In this document: positions 17,875 through 27,528 of the stretch, piece after piece
Layout of the letters: every line of letters begins with the position of its first letter
Position numbering within the stretch: the first letter of the stretch is position 1
Origin: an uncultured Planctomycetales bacterium
GTDB lineage: Bacteria > Omnitrophota > Gorgyraeia > Zapsychrales > Fredricksoniimonadaceae
DNA: 61,311 nt
Assembly (NCBI GenBank): GCA_964583975.1
Contig: CAZOXU010000011.1
Span: 1-61,311, forward strand
Reading direction: 5' to 3'
Notes under the pieces: model-generated
The model's database searches: none
What the model was told of the DNA's origin: nothing
The model's input: only the letters and a program-made list of their open reading frames with translations
Made by a program: the position numbers and the translations under genes

Positions 17875-18750
17875 TTAATGAATTAACTTATTCAAAGAAT
17901 ATTCAATAATTCCCTCTGCACCAGCATCTTTCAGTGCAGGGATAATTTGACGGACAGTGGACTCTTCAATCACCGTTTCTAAAGCCACCCAAGAATCATT
18001 CGCTAAGGGAGCGACCGTTGGATTTCTCAAAGAAGTCAGCACCTTTAAGACTTTATCTAAATTCTTACGGGCTACATTCATCTTAAGGCCAACCATATTC
18101 TTGGCATCCAAAGCTCCTCGAAGAAGCAATAAAATCTGTTCCATTTTCTTTCGTTTCCAAGGATCTTTGATCGCTTTATGATTCGCGATAAATTGAGTGC
18201 TCGATTCACATAAAGTCTCCACAATACGCAGTTTATTGGCACGAAGCGAAGAACCTGTTTCGGTCAATTCCACAATCGCATCGACTAAACCAGAGGTAAC
18301 CTTGGCTTCGGTGGCTCCCCAAGAAAACTCGACATGAGCTTTGACTTTGTGTTTGGACAAATATTTCTTAGTGATGTTTACAACTTCAGTAGCAATTTTC
18401 TTACCTTCTAACCCTTTGGCAGACTTAATTGGGGAATCTTCCGGAACCGCCAAAACCCAACGCACCTTATTAGAGGTAGCTTTAGAGTATTGCAATTCAG
18501 ATAAACGTTTTACATCCGAAGAGTTTTCTTCAATCCAATCATTACCTGTAATACCACAATCCAATGTTTCATCCTCGACATAACGAGACATTTCCTGGGC
18601 GCGCAACAGCACAGGGGAGATTTCAGAATCATCAATTTGGGGGAAATAAGAACGTGAGGACACGATAACCTTAAACCCTGCTTTTTCAAAAAGGGCTACG
18701 GTCGCATCCTGCAAACTTCCCTTAGGAAGCCCAAGTTTTAATTTTTTCAT
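17875..18750 (-). CDS. hisG: ATP phosphoribosyltransferase (long form)
   Basis: [27 protein letters not shown]-terminus. The length fits HisG-long with a C-terminal regulatory domain. The track ORF appears to begin at a TTG 12 nt upstream; ATG at 18750 is preferred. Confidence 0.87.
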   Translation of the reverse strand: MKKLKLGLPKGSLQDATVALFEKAGFKVIVSSRSYFPQIDDSEISPVLLRAQEMSRYVEDETLDCGITGNDWIEENSSDVKRLSELQYSKATSNKVRWVLAVPEDSPIKSAKGLEGKKIATEVVNITKKYLSKHKVKAHVEFSWGATEAKVTSGLVDAIVELTETGSSLRANKLRIVETLCESSTQFIANHKAIKDPWKRKKMEQILLLLRGALDAKNMVGLKMNVARKNLDKVLKVLTSLRNPTVAPLANDSWVALETVIEESTVRQIIPALKDAGAEGIIEYSLNKLIH

Positions 18751-18774
18751 AAGATAATCCAATCAAACGAGTTA

Positions 18775-18792
18775 ACCTGCCGGCAGGCAGGT
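18775..18792. repeat. Intergenic GC-rich hairpin ACCTGCC-GGCA-GGCAGGT (same CCTGCC/GGCAGG core as 16068 and 23395)
   Basis: 7-bp perfect inverted repeat with a 4-nt loop in an otherwise AT-rich spacer between the methyltransferase gene and hisG. Confidence 0.7.
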
Positions 18793-18826
18793 AAAAATTT
18801 TAGGCCTCGATTATAGCAAACGAATA

Positions 18827-19528
18827 TTAATTGTAAAGCAGTAAAAACAGAGTCGGCTTCTTAGGAAGGCTGGTCGCTTGTTTTTTCCAGTGACCAACAC
18901 TCTGTGTACGGATCATTTGATCTGGCCCGGTCATATCACAAGCCACACAAAGAAGCGTTCTTGGCTGGCAGCTGGCCAATAAATCCTCAAAAAGACTCTG
19001 GCTTCGATAAGGCGCCTCCATCACAATCTGGGTCTGCCCTTCATTCATCGATCGCTGCTCCAATATTCTAATCTTTTTGACACGCTCATCCTTGTCCTTA
19101 GGAAGATAGCCGTTAAAGGCAAAGTTCTGTCCATTAAGTCCCGAGCCAGCTAAGGCTAATATAATAGAGGAAGCTCCAGCCAAAGGAATGACCTGCCCGC
19201 CTGCCTGATGAATAAGCCGAACCAAACCAGCTCCCGGATCAGCCACACAGGGATAACCTGCCTCGGAAATAATAGCCATGTCCTGTCCGACAAGTTCTTG
19301 AAGCTGCTTTTCAATCTCGAGCGGCTCGGTATGTTCATTTAGATCAATGTACTGGCACGCAGATAAAGGGAAATCAGGCGCAATTTTCTTCAATAAAGCA
19401 CGGGCAGACTTAGGTTCCTCCACAAAAAAAACTCGAATATCCTTAATGATATGAGCAATATAGGCAGGAATGACATCATTCTTAGCTTGGTCGGATAAAA
19501 TATTAGGAATTAAATATAATTTAGGCAT
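18827..19528 (-). CDS. RsmI-like SAM-dependent methyltransferase (tetrapyrrole-methylase fold)
   Basis: ISEAGYPCVADPGAGLVRL...VIPLAGASSIILALAGSGLNGQNFAFNGYLP matches the RsmI/YraL-type motif layout. Confidence 0.7.
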   Translation of the reverse strand: MPKLYLIPNILSDQAKNDVIPAYIAHIIKDIRVFFVEEPKSARALLKKIAPDFPLSACQYIDLNEHTEPLEIEKQLQELVGQDMAIISEAGYPCVADPGAGLVRLIHQAGGQVIPLAGASSIILALAGSGLNGQNFAFNGYLPKDKDERVKKIRILEQRSMNEGQTQIVMEAPYRSQSLFEDLLASCQPRTLLCVACDMTGPDQMIRTQSVGHWKKQATSLPKKPTLFLLLYN

Positions 19529-20217
19529 TACTTTCGACCTTGGACTCCCCCATAAAGATCAGGAGTAGGATCAGATTGCCAGTACTCTTTAGTGTGAATA
19601 TCCATAATTGTCAGCTTGCCGCGCCAGCCTGCCCCTGTATCTAAGGCCCAAACATTACCCAAATGTAACGGCAGGTGGCTTTGGAAATTTTGTACAGGAG
19701 TGTGTCCTAAAAAAATTTCTTCATAAATACTAAATTTAAAATCATTGCCTTCCTTAGAATGTTTCCAAGCATTTGTAATCAATTCCCTGTCCCAGACAAA
19801 TTTATCTCTTGCCTGCTTTTCAATGGGAAAATTAGGGTCAAACCCTCCATGAACAAAAACTTTATTCTCTAGAAGCAGCCACAAGTGTGCTTTTTGTAAG
19901 AAATGAATGTGTTCTTGAGGTGGCGTCTCATTATCATAAGAATTAATCGTAGCTAATCCACCTTGCGAAATCCAAGCCCGCTCTTTTTTGCCTGACTGAG
20001 CCCATTCCAAGGTCCATAAATCATGATTACCTATAATGTAATCACAATACCGGATCATTAAAAGCTCATCAATACAACCGCAAACTTCCGGATAACCATC
20101 ACAAACATCGCCTAAAACAATTAAGCGATCTTGGGAATAACTAAAGCCACTACGCTCTAAACATTGTTTAAGTGCTTTTAAAGCTCCATGAATATCACCG
20201 ATGACAAATGTACGCAT
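19528..20217 (-). CDS. Metallophosphoesterase (PPP-family Ser/Thr phosphatase-like)
   Basis: GDIHG ... LGDVCDG ... GNHD motif series. Confidence 0.8.
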   Translation of the reverse strand: MRTFVIGDIHGALKALKQCLERSGFSYSQDRLIVLGDVCDGYPEVCGCIDELLMIRYCDYIIGNHDLWTLEWAQSGKKERAWISQGGLATINSYDNETPPQEHIHFLQKAHLWLLLENKVFVHGGFDPNFPIEKQARDKFVWDRELITNAWKHSKEGNDFKFSIYEEIFLGHTPVQNFQSHLPLHLGNVWALDTGAGWRGKLTIMDIHTKEYWQSDPTPDLYGGVQGRK

Positions 20218-20256
20218 AAGAGATTAAGTATATCATTCAAGGTTTCAAATATCTAG

Positions 20257-20285
20257 TTGTCAAAGCTAAATGGCTCGTATATAAT
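20257..20285 (+). promoter_or_regulatory. Sigma70-type promoter for the ppiD-like gene
   Basis: TTGTCA (20257..20262), a 17-nt spacer, then a perfect TATAAT (20280..20285). It lies 45 nt upstream of the ATG at 20330, and AAGGA lies before the start. Confidence 0.5.
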
Positions 20286-20329
20286 CACGCCATTCTTTCA
20301 ACAACATTTCTAAAGCTTAAGGAAAATTT

Positions 20330-21799
20330 ATGCTTAATGTACTTCGTCATAAAGGTGTTGCCAAAAAAGTCCTTTGGTTTGTAACCGCTATCATTGTCCT
20401 GTCTTTTGGATTCTTTGGAGTAGCTAATCGTATTGATAATTCCATTAATAGTGCTGGCAAAATGTATGGCAAGAGCGTTTCCATCCGTGATTTTGAAAAA
20501 GCCTATTATGATACCCGCGACCAAGCGATTATGCTTTATGGCGATCAATTCTTTAAATATGGCGCTCGTTTAGACCTTGAAAACCAAACCTGGGACCATC
20601 TGATCCTCTTACGTGAAGCTAAAAAACGTGGGATCAAGACATCTGATCAAGAAGTCATTAATTTCATAGCTGCTGTTCCCTTTTTCCAAACCAACGGAAA
20701 ATTTGATCAGTTCCAGTATCAGATGATCGTCCAAAATTCCCAAATCTTTAATCGCAAAACCCATGATTTTGAACAAGGCATCCGTTCTCAAATTACAATC
20801 AATAAACTCTTAGAACAAATCACTGGTTCTAATGCCATCAGTGATACTGAACTCAAAAAAGAATTCACACTTAAAAATGAAAAAATTAAGCTAATCTATG
20901 CACTGTTTGAGCCCCTCGCAGCAGCCAAGGACATCAAAATCTCAGATGAAGAAATCAGCAAATACTACGATACCAACAAAGAACAATTCCGCAAACCTGT
21001 GATGGTGGATGTGGAATATGCCGCATTGAATTATCCTGCGAAAGCAACTGATCAACAAAAAGAAGCTGTTAAAAAATCCATCCAAGCTTTGGCTAAAGAA
21101 CTCAAAGCTGATAGTGATTTTAAAACCTTAGGCCAAAACCATAAAATTGAAGTTAAAGAAAGCGGCTTATTCACTCAAGGGCAACCTTTATTGACCTTTG
21201 CATGGTCACCTGAACTAGTAGAAAACATATTCACCATGAAACAAGGCGAATATAGTCCTGCTCTGGAAACACCCGATGGTTGGATGATCGTAAAACTTAA
21301 AGAACGCAAAGATTCCATCGTTCCTGAATTTAATACCATTAAAAATGATGTCAAAACTGCTCTTTTAACTGACCGTGGTTATGCTCTGGCACAAACCAAG
21401 GCGAATGATGCTCTAAAAGTTATTAGTGAAGGTCTTAAACAAAATAAAGGTTTCAAAGAATTGGCCGAATCTCAGGGAGCTAAGGTAGAAACCACTCCTT
21501 TATTTAGTCGTGGAGAGTTTATCGCAAATATGGGCCTTATTTCAGAATTTCAAGAAGTCACCTTGAAAATGAATATGGACAATCGCCTTAGCGATGCCCT
21601 TTCTACCTCGCAAGGACCTGCCATCGTTTATCTAGATAGCATCCAAGCTATCGATGAAAAACAATATGAAGCTGATAAAGAAAGCTTCAAGCAGCAGATG
21701 TTAGCTCAAAAGAGAAATCAGGCTATTGTAGGATTTGTTACCAAGCTAAAGATTGAAGCGAACGTGCAGAGTCAAATCAATCGTGGAAAAGCAAAATAA
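20330..21799 (+). CDS. PpiD/SurA-N-like periplasmic chaperone (membrane-anchored, parvulin-type region degenerate)
   Basis: The N-terminus MLNVLRHKGVAKKVLWFVTAIIVLSFGFFG is typical of PpiD, followed by a SurA_N-like region. 489 aa. One of only three plus-strand genes. Confidence 0.68.
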   Translation: MLNVLRHKGVAKKVLWFVTAIIVLSFGFFGVANRIDNSINSAGKMYGKSVSIRDFEKAYYDTRDQAIMLYGDQFFKYGARLDLENQTWDHLILLREAKKRGIKTSDQEVINFIAAVPFFQTNGKFDQFQYQMIVQNSQIFNRKTHDFEQGIRSQITINKLLEQITGSNAISDTELKKEFTLKNEKIKLIYALFEPLAAAKDIKISDEEISKYYDTNKEQFRKPVMVDVEYAALNYPAKATDQQKEAVKKSIQALAKELKADSDFKTLGQNHKIEVKESGLFTQGQPLLTFAWSPELVENIFTMKQGEYSPALETPDGWMIVKLKERKDSIVPEFNTIKNDVKTALLTDRGYALAQTKANDALKVISEGLKQNKGFKELAESQGAKVETTPLFSRGEFIANMGLISEFQEVTLKMNMDNRLSDALSTSQGPAIVYLDSIQAIDEKQYEADKESFKQQMLAQKRNQAIVGFVTKLKIEANVQSQINRGKAK

Positions 21800-21801
21800 A
21801 T

Positions 21802-21822
21802 TAGGGACAGCTCCCTATTTTT
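21802..21822 (+). terminator. Rho-independent terminator of the ppiD-like gene
   Basis: TAGGGA-CAGC-TCCCTA followed by TTTTT, starting 3 nt after the stop. Confidence 0.55.
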
Positions 21823-21832
21823 AAACAAACAA

Positions 21833-21859
21833 CACAAATAGAAATAGGGAGCTTCCCTA
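21833..21859 (-). terminator. Putative terminator of the convergent thiol-disulfide oxidoreductase gene
   Basis: The minus strand reads TAGGGA-AGC-TCCCTA then TTTCTATTTG. The hairpin includes the TAG stop codon and is nearly identical to the 21802 hairpin. Confidence 0.45.
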
Positions 21860-22378
21860 ATTTTTTAATCTTACCTCGTAGTCTTGCGGAAACTCGTGCG
21901 CAGCGTCACGAATCATACCTTTTTCATCAATCAAAAAGATTGCTGGAATTCCAATCACATTATATTGTTCGGCAACCACAGTATCTTCGTCTACAAAGCT
22001 ACTTAAAGGTATCTCTTGATGCTGCAAATACGCCTTGGCTTTTTCTTGGCTCTCACCAATATTGACCAAAACAATTTCAAGACCTTTTTGCTTATATGTA
22101 TCTAAATTTTGTCTAACCATCTCTAACTCTTCATGGCAATGTGGACACCATGTGGCCCAAAAAAACAAAGCTGCACACTTTCCCTGTCGGGCTTGGTTTA
22201 AACTCATATTTTGACCTGCTGTGGTTGGCAAATTAAACTCTGGTGCTAGCATATCGGTCTTCATATTCTCAGCAGGCATATTGCTCATGGCATATGAATG
22301 TATAGGCATCAACATAAGAAAAAACACTGTGATAAAACGTATGCTCATAACTCTCCTAATGTTAAGTAACCTCATCAA
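21857..22378 (-). CDS. TlpA/redoxin-family thiol:disulfide oxidoreductase (secreted)
   Basis: Signal peptide plus the WATWCPHCHEE thioredoxin-fold CxxC motif. The true start may be the internal Met (MSIRFITVFF). Confidence 0.8.
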   Translation of the reverse strand: MMRLLNIRRVMSIRFITVFFLMLMPIHSYAMSNMPAENMKTDMLAPEFNLPTTAGQNMSLNQARQGKCAALFFWATWCPHCHEELEMVRQNLDTYKQKGLEIVLVNIGESQEKAKAYLQHQEIPLSSFVDEDTVVAEQYNVIGIPAIFLIDEKGMIRDAAHEFPQDYEVRLKN

Positions 22379-22679
22379 TCCATTTCAAATAAGGCCAGCT
22401 ACCAGCTGCTAAAGGCAAAGCAATGATTTCAGGATTCTCATAGCTATGCAATTGCTTGACCTTCGTTACAATCTCTTCAAAAAGCTTTTGCCGACTTTTA
22501 ATAATTAATAAGACTTCATTAGCCTTATCAATCTTTCCTTGCCAGCAAAAATGCGATTCAACACCATCTACTATATTAACACAAGCCACCAACTGTTTCT
22601 TAAGAAGCCCTTGGGCAATCTTGCGAGCTTCTGCTTTGTTTTTGACAGTTACCAGTATAACAATGTATTGATTTTTCAT
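22362..22679 (-). CDS. cutA: Divalent-cation tolerance protein CutA
   Basis: 105 aa with a VACVNI ... W.GKI ... YENPEIIALP pattern. Confidence 0.85.
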   Translation of the reverse strand: MKNQYIVILVTVKNKAEARKIAQGLLKKQLVACVNIVDGVESHFCWQGKIDKANEVLLIIKSRQKLFEEIVTKVKQLHSYENPEIIALPLAAGSWPYLKWIDEVT

Positions 22680-23365
22680 AGGAGCATCATCAAGGAGATC
22701 ATTCGTCCTGACTTATCTGCATCTCGGCGAAATGAAGGGTATTTAACATTACAGCAGGTACAGATCCCTGAATTATAGATATTTTCTTTCTTCAAACCAG
22801 CTTTGAGCAGTTGTTTATAATTATTTTTAGTCACATCGACATAAAGCTTACCCGCTCGATCAATGATCTCTTGGGGAAAATACTGATGAAATTCTTCGCC
22901 AACCTCATAACAACATGGCTGAATAGCTGGCCCCAAAACAGCTTGGATATCCTTAACCTGAGAGCCAAAAATTTCAATCATGCGAAGTACCGTTTTATAG
23001 GTGATCTCTTTGACTGTTCCCTTCCATCCAGCATGAACCACACCAACAGCTGGTTTGGTAGGATCAAATAACAGTACAGGCACACAATCCGCTGTACGAA
23101 TAGCGATAGGTAAATTCTTCTGATGAGTGATATAAGCATCCGCATCCGGGCAACCATGACAAGAGCTGACGGAATTCTTGGCTACCAAGATATCATCACC
23201 ATGCACCTGCTTGCGCCAGAATACTTGAGGAATATCTTGGCCGCATTCTTGGCTTAAATAATCTCTTTGGGCCTGAGTCAGCGAAGAATCAAAATCGGTC
23301 GGCTGAAAGTCCATCCGAGCATCACCAATAAAAGCTACAACTTTTTGATCTTCAAAGAATCTCAT
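22676..23365 (-). CDS. pgeF: YfiH/PgeF family (peptidoglycan editing factor / purine nucleoside phosphorylase, laccase-domain) protein
   Basis: QVHGDDI, TADCVPVLL and VHAGWKGT motifs and the C-terminal CTCC...FPSFRRD. Confidence 0.85.
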   Translation of the reverse strand: MRFFEDQKVVAFIGDARMDFQPTDFDSSLTQAQRDYLSQECGQDIPQVFWRKQVHGDDILVAKNSVSSCHGCPDADAYITHQKNLPIAIRTADCVPVLLFDPTKPAVGVVHAGWKGTVKEITYKTVLRMIEIFGSQVKDIQAVLGPAIQPCCYEVGEEFHQYFPQEIIDRAGKLYVDVTKNNYKQLLKAGLKKENIYNSGICTCCNVKYPSFRRDADKSGRMISLMMLL

Positions 23366-24486
23366 ACTTCCTCAACTAATAAAGGTTTATCCTTGGATGC
23401 GGGCAGGCCTGCCCCGGCAGGTAAATCTTGCACATCACGCAGCTTACGTTCAATCGTACGACTTTTGCGTGTAGCATCTTCAATGTTCTTGCTAGCAGAC
23501 TCCAGTTTTTCCTTAGTTTTCTCTAAAAGATCCCCAAACTTGCCAAATTCTCCTTTCACTGTTCCCAACATGGCCCAAACTTCCGAGGCGCGCTTTTCAA
23601 CAGCTAAGGTACGAAATCCCATTTGCAGACTATTAAGCAAGGCTGCAATGGTGGTGGGACCAGCCACGATAATCTTGTATTGGTTTCTTAAGCCATCGGC
23701 AAAACCAGGCCTACGCAACACTTCCGCATAAAGACCTTCGGTGGGAAGATAAAGAATTCCAAAATCGGTAGTCAATGGTGGCTCAATGTATTTCTCATGA
23801 ATATTCTTAGCTTCTAATTTTAACCGAGCATCCAAGGCCTTGGCAGCTGCCTCGATCAAATCCAATTGCCCTAATTCCTGAGCATTTTGTAAACGCTCAT
23901 AATCTTCCGTTGGAAATTTAGCATCAATAGGCAAATACACCGGCCTTGAACCATCTCCTGGTAATTTAATAGCAAACTCGACTGCATCACGACCAGTAGA
24001 TTTTGTCACACAGTTGCGTTCGTATTGCTCTGACGTTAAGATTTGCTCCAAAAGATTCCCTAATTGAACTTCTCCCCATGTCCCTCGTGTTTTGACATTA
24101 ATTAAAACCTTCTTAAGATCTCCTACACCGGTTGCCAAATGCTGCATCTCACCTAAACCCTGATGGACCTTTTCTAAACGATCACTAACCAACTTAAAGG
24201 ACTCACCCAAACGTTTCTCTAAAGTTGCATGCAATTTCTCATCGACCGTCTGACGCATCTGATCTAACTGTCGCGAATTATCTTGCTGGATCTCACCTAA
24301 TTTCTTTTCTACCGACTCACGGATGCGCTCAAGTTTTTGTTCATGCATTTGGGCAAAAGAACTTAAATTCTGCGCCATCATCTGTTGGCTGCGGTCCTGA
24401 TTTTTCTCCAATGCCGTTTGACGAACAAGCACCATAACCAAAAGCACCAGAGCTAATGCGATGAGGATTAAAGAGACTAAAACCAT
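23362..24486 (-). CDS. rmuC: DNA recombination protein RmuC
   Basis: N-terminal TM segment, a long coiled coil and the RmuC nuclease-like core (VEFAIKLPG...YLPIDAKFP...ILYLPTEGLYAE). Confidence 0.88.
   Translation of the reverse strand: MVLVSLILIALALVLLVMVLVRQTALEKNQDRSQQMMAQNLSSFAQMHEQKLERIRESVEKKLGEIQQDNSRQLDQMRQTVDEKLHATLEKRLGESFKLVSDRLEKVHQGLGEMQHLATGVGDLKKVLINVKTRGTWGEVQLGNLLEQILTSEQYERNCVTKSTGRDAVEFAIKLPGDGSRPVYLPIDAKFPTEDYERLQNAQELGQLDLIEAAAKALDARLKLEAKNIHEKYIEPPLTTDFGILYLPTEGLYAEVLRRPGFADGLRNQYKIIVAGPTTIAALLNSLQMGFRTLAVEKRASEVWAMLGTVKGEFGKFGDLLEKTKEKLESASKNIEDATRKSRTIERKLRDVQDLPAGAGLPASKDKPLLVEEV
23395..23427. repeat. GC-rich palindrome cluster (ACCTGCC GG GGCAGG CCTGCCC) in the C-terminal tail codons of rmuC
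   Basis: Encodes DLPAGAGLPAS. GGGCAGG/CCTGCCC and CCTGCC/GGCAGG are inverted repeats. It lies 30 nt upstream of the overlapping pgeF start. Confidence 0.6.
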
Positions 24487-24872
24487 TCGATTCGTTCCTG
24501 TTCGTGTTTGATTAATTTACCTTGATCATCAAAATACAAATATACCTTATCCTTAGCTTCTCTAATTAAAGCATAACGATACATCCATTGCTGCTGCTTT
24601 TTACCATTAACTTCTATATCTTTGATTGTGATTGGATCGCCAAATTTATTACGGATATCAACTTGATTTGCGTAGGAATTCATCTGGTTGGTATTGATCG
24701 CAACCACCAGAGCATCATAATTACTTTTAGCCTGATCAATAATCTTCTTCTCATCGCTCTTTTCTCGAGCAAACTCTCCCATGGTAGAAAGCTGATCTAA
24801 ATGGCCAATAATGCTACAGCCGCTGCAGACTAACAACATCAGGAACAAGAAAACTTTTATCATGGGTATCAA
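24477..24872 (-). CDS. Hypothetical small lipoprotein
   Basis: Signal peptide with a cysteine-containing lipobox-like end (LLVCSGC). I recognise no family. Confidence 0.55.
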   Translation of the reverse strand: MIPMIKVFLFLMLLVCSGCSIIGHLDQLSTMGEFAREKSDEKKIIDQAKSNYDALVVAINTNQMNSYANQVDIRNKFGDPITIKDIEVNGKKQQQWMYRYALIREAKDKVYLYFDDQGKLIKHEQERIEWF

Positions 24873-26816
24873 CTATTTAGAGATATCAATTTTTTCTTGC
24901 TGCAATTTGTCTAATGTTACTACTATTTCCCTTAAACGTCTTTGAATTTCTTTCAGGCGAATACCATAGTCTTTAATAATCTGTGGGTCACGCCCAAAAG
25001 AGTCACTTAAGAAACGTGATTTCACATACGATTCAGTTTCTAAATCAGCTTTTTCTTTTTCTAAAGATTTGGTTTCTTTCTTTATTTCTTCAAGCCGGCG
25101 CAAAGCTTGATTGTGTTTGGCGTGGGCATCAACCACCTGAGACGGTGGTTTAACACTTTGTTTTTCCTGACGATGCTTCTGGTTTTCTTGAGCCATGATC
25201 TTGGCAGCATCAATCTTCTGTTTACCAGATGCTTCAATACCTGCCTTCTTTTCCAGATAATAATCCAAACCACCATGGTAGTGTTTTAAGACACCATTAT
25301 TTACCTCTACCATGTGAGTGGCGATTTCTTTCATGAAAAACAAATCATGACTGATAAATAACAATGTGCCTTGATAATTCTTGAAACAACTTGTTAAGGC
25401 TTCAACCCCATCGATATCCAAGTGAGTGGTGGGTTCATCGAGGCAGATAAAATTAGGAGGATTTAATAATAGCTTGGCTAATATCAAACGGCTCTTTTCA
25501 CCCCCCGAAAGCACATTAACGGGCTTAAAAACATCATCGCCTCTAAAATTAAATACGCCAAGTAGGGTTCGAGCCTGCGCCTGAGGAACTGAACGTTCAG
25601 TGGCTGACATCAATTCTTCGAAAGCAGTCCTGTTAGGATTAAGCACATCTAAACGAGTCTGGGAGAAATAACCAAGATCCACCTGGTGACCGAGCTTTCG
25701 CTCTCCACTATCAAAAGGCACCATTCCAGCTGCCATTTTAAGCAAGGTGGATTTACCAGCCCCGTTGGCACCTACTAAACAAATCTTTTGGCCGCGGGTG
25801 ATTTCAAACTCCATATCGTTATAAATCTTCTTTTCTCCATAAGCCTTACAAATCTTATTCATGGTTAAGACAGTGTAGCCACTCTCGCGGGTAGCTGGAA
25901 AATCAAAATCACGGATAGAATGTTTCTCTTGGGGGATATCAATCTCATCTAAACGTTCAAGCTGGCGACGTTTATTGCGCACAGCACCAGAGAAATTAGG
26001 CTGGGCATGAAAACGCTCGGCAAAACGCTCGAGCTGCTCACGTTTTTTCTCCACAACCTTGGCCTGCTTCTCTAAAGATTTTAAACGAACAGCCTTAGCC
26101 TCTTCGTATTCTTCATAATTACCCTTAATCTTAGTGGCTCGGCCATCTTCTAAAACAATGGTGTAATTAGTGACAGAATTAAGGAAAACCTTATCGTGAG
26201 AAATCATCAAAAATGTACCAGGATAATCCGCTAGATGACTTTTAAGCCACAAGGTTGCTTCCAAATCCAAATAGTTAGTCGGTTCATCGAGCATCAAAAC
26301 ATCATATTGATATACTAAAAGCTTGGCTAACTGGGCCCGCATCTGCCATCCACCTGAAAGATGAGCAATGGGCTTATGAAACTCCTCTTCTTTGAATCCC
26401 AAACCGCTTAAGATCTTCTCAGCTTTATGTTCCAAATCATAGATTCCATTTTTCTCGAGCAGCTCTAAAACATCCCCATATCTAGGAGAATCAGCCTTAT
26501 TTTCATCTTCAAGCTTATGTCTTTCTTCCAATAATTTTCTAACCTCATCATTACCGGAGGTCATTTCATCCATCACAGTTCGCTCGGAAGGATAACTTGC
26601 TTCCTGGGCCATATAACCAATTTTAAGGCCTTTTTGAATTTGTACGGACCCTGAAGAAGCTTCTTGCTGTCCTAATAAGATTTTAAAAAGGGTTGTTTTT
26701 CCAGCCCCGTTAGGACCGGTCAAACCAATGCGTTCATTGGCAAAAATACTTAAGGTTATGTTCTTAAGCAATAAACGCTGGTCAAAATTTTTTGAAATAT
26801 TCAGTAAAGTAATCAT
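24873..26816 (-). CDS. ABC-F family ATPase (Uup/EttA-like translation factor type)
   Basis: Two ABC cassettes (GPNGAGKTT, GANGAGKST, LSGG signatures), no TM domain and a charged C-terminal coiled coil. Confidence 0.9.
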   Translation of the reverse strand: MITLLNISKNFDQRLLLKNITLSIFANERIGLTGPNGAGKTTLFKILLGQQEASSGSVQIQKGLKIGYMAQEASYPSERTVMDEMTSGNDEVRKLLEERHKLEDENKADSPRYGDVLELLEKNGIYDLEHKAEKILSGLGFKEEEFHKPIAHLSGGWQMRAQLAKLLVYQYDVLMLDEPTNYLDLEATLWLKSHLADYPGTFLMISHDKVFLNSVTNYTIVLEDGRATKIKGNYEEYEEAKAVRLKSLEKQAKVVEKKREQLERFAERFHAQPNFSGAVRNKRRQLERLDEIDIPQEKHSIRDFDFPATRESGYTVLTMNKICKAYGEKKIYNDMEFEITRGQKICLVGANGAGKSTLLKMAAGMVPFDSGERKLGHQVDLGYFSQTRLDVLNPNRTAFEELMSATERSVPQAQARTLLGVFNFRGDDVFKPVNVLSGGEKSRLILAKLLLNPPNFICLDEPTTHLDIDGVEALTSCFKNYQGTLLFISHDLFFMKEIATHMVEVNNGVLKHYHGGLDYYLEKKAGIEASGKQKIDAAKIMAQENQKHRQEKQSVKPPSQVVDAHAKHNQALRRLEEIKKETKSLEKEKADLETESYVKSRFLSDSFGRDPQIIKDYGIRLKEIQRRLREIVVTLDKLQQEKIDISK

Positions 26817-26820
26817 AAAA

Positions 26821-27522
26821 TTAAGTTCTTCTTAAAGCCTCCACTTCCTGGTTTGATAACATGCGCCACTGGGAAGGTTTCAAATCTCCTAAAACCAGCG
26901 ATCCTATGCTAATACGTTTTAAAAAAATCACCTGATGGCCAACACTCTGAAGCATACGACGAATTTGCCGTTTTTTTCCTTCGTGAATGACCATTTGAAA
27001 TTCGGTTTGTGCGTCATTATAGCGAAGTTCTTTGATCAGGCAAGGAGCAGTTTTCTCATCATCAATCAATACCCCTTGTTTCAAATGCTTGATACTTTCT
27101 TTCGTTAAGTGACCCTTAACCTGTACTAAATAGGTCTTATCCAAATGAAACTTAGGGTGCGTTAATTTATAAGCAAAATCTCCATCATTGGTCAATAATA
27201 AAAGCCCTTCACTATCCCGATCCAGCCGTCCCACCGGTGATAAATAATGCAGATGTTTGGGTAGCAAATCTAATACTGTTTTCTCTGCATGTGGATCATC
27301 CTTGGTTGTGGTATACCCCGAAGGCTTATGCAGCATGATATAGGTGTTGTTATGAACTGAAACTTTCTTACCATCAACCGTAATATCTTCCTGGCCTGTG
27401 ACATCAGTTGAAGGTTCTCGTTGGATCAAACCATCGACCCTGACTCGCCCTGACTGAATCAAGTCCATAGCTTCTCTACGTGAGCAAACACCATTATGGG
27501 AAAGGAACACTTGTAAACGCAT
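26821..27522 (-). CDS. Pseudouridine synthase, RsuA/RluB family
   Basis: S4 domain (MRLQVFLSHNGVCSRREA) and the catalytic GRLDRDSEGLLLLTNDG motif. Confidence 0.88.
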   Translation of the reverse strand: MRLQVFLSHNGVCSRREAMDLIQSGRVRVDGLIQREPSTDVTGQEDITVDGKKVSVHNNTYIMLHKPSGYTTTKDDPHAEKTVLDLLPKHLHYLSPVGRLDRDSEGLLLLTNDGDFAYKLTHPKFHLDKTYLVQVKGHLTKESIKHLKQGVLIDDEKTAPCLIKELRYNDAQTEFQMVIHEGKKRQIRRMLQSVGHQVIFLKRISIGSLVLGDLKPSQWRMLSNQEVEALRRT

Positions 27523-27528
27523 AAAGAA

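Noticed and set aside
19195-19215. GC-rich stretch acctgcccgcctgcctg in the methyltransferase gene, as another palindromic element copy
   Set aside because: It has no inverted-repeat partner and encodes a conserved-looking HQAGGQVIP segment of the enzyme. It is ordinary coding sequence.
20285-20548. 87-aa minus-strand ORF spanning the ppiD-like promoter and start
   Set aside because: It overlaps the well-supported plus-strand gene and its promoter, resembles no family I recognise and has hydrophobic/odd composition. It is most likely spurious.
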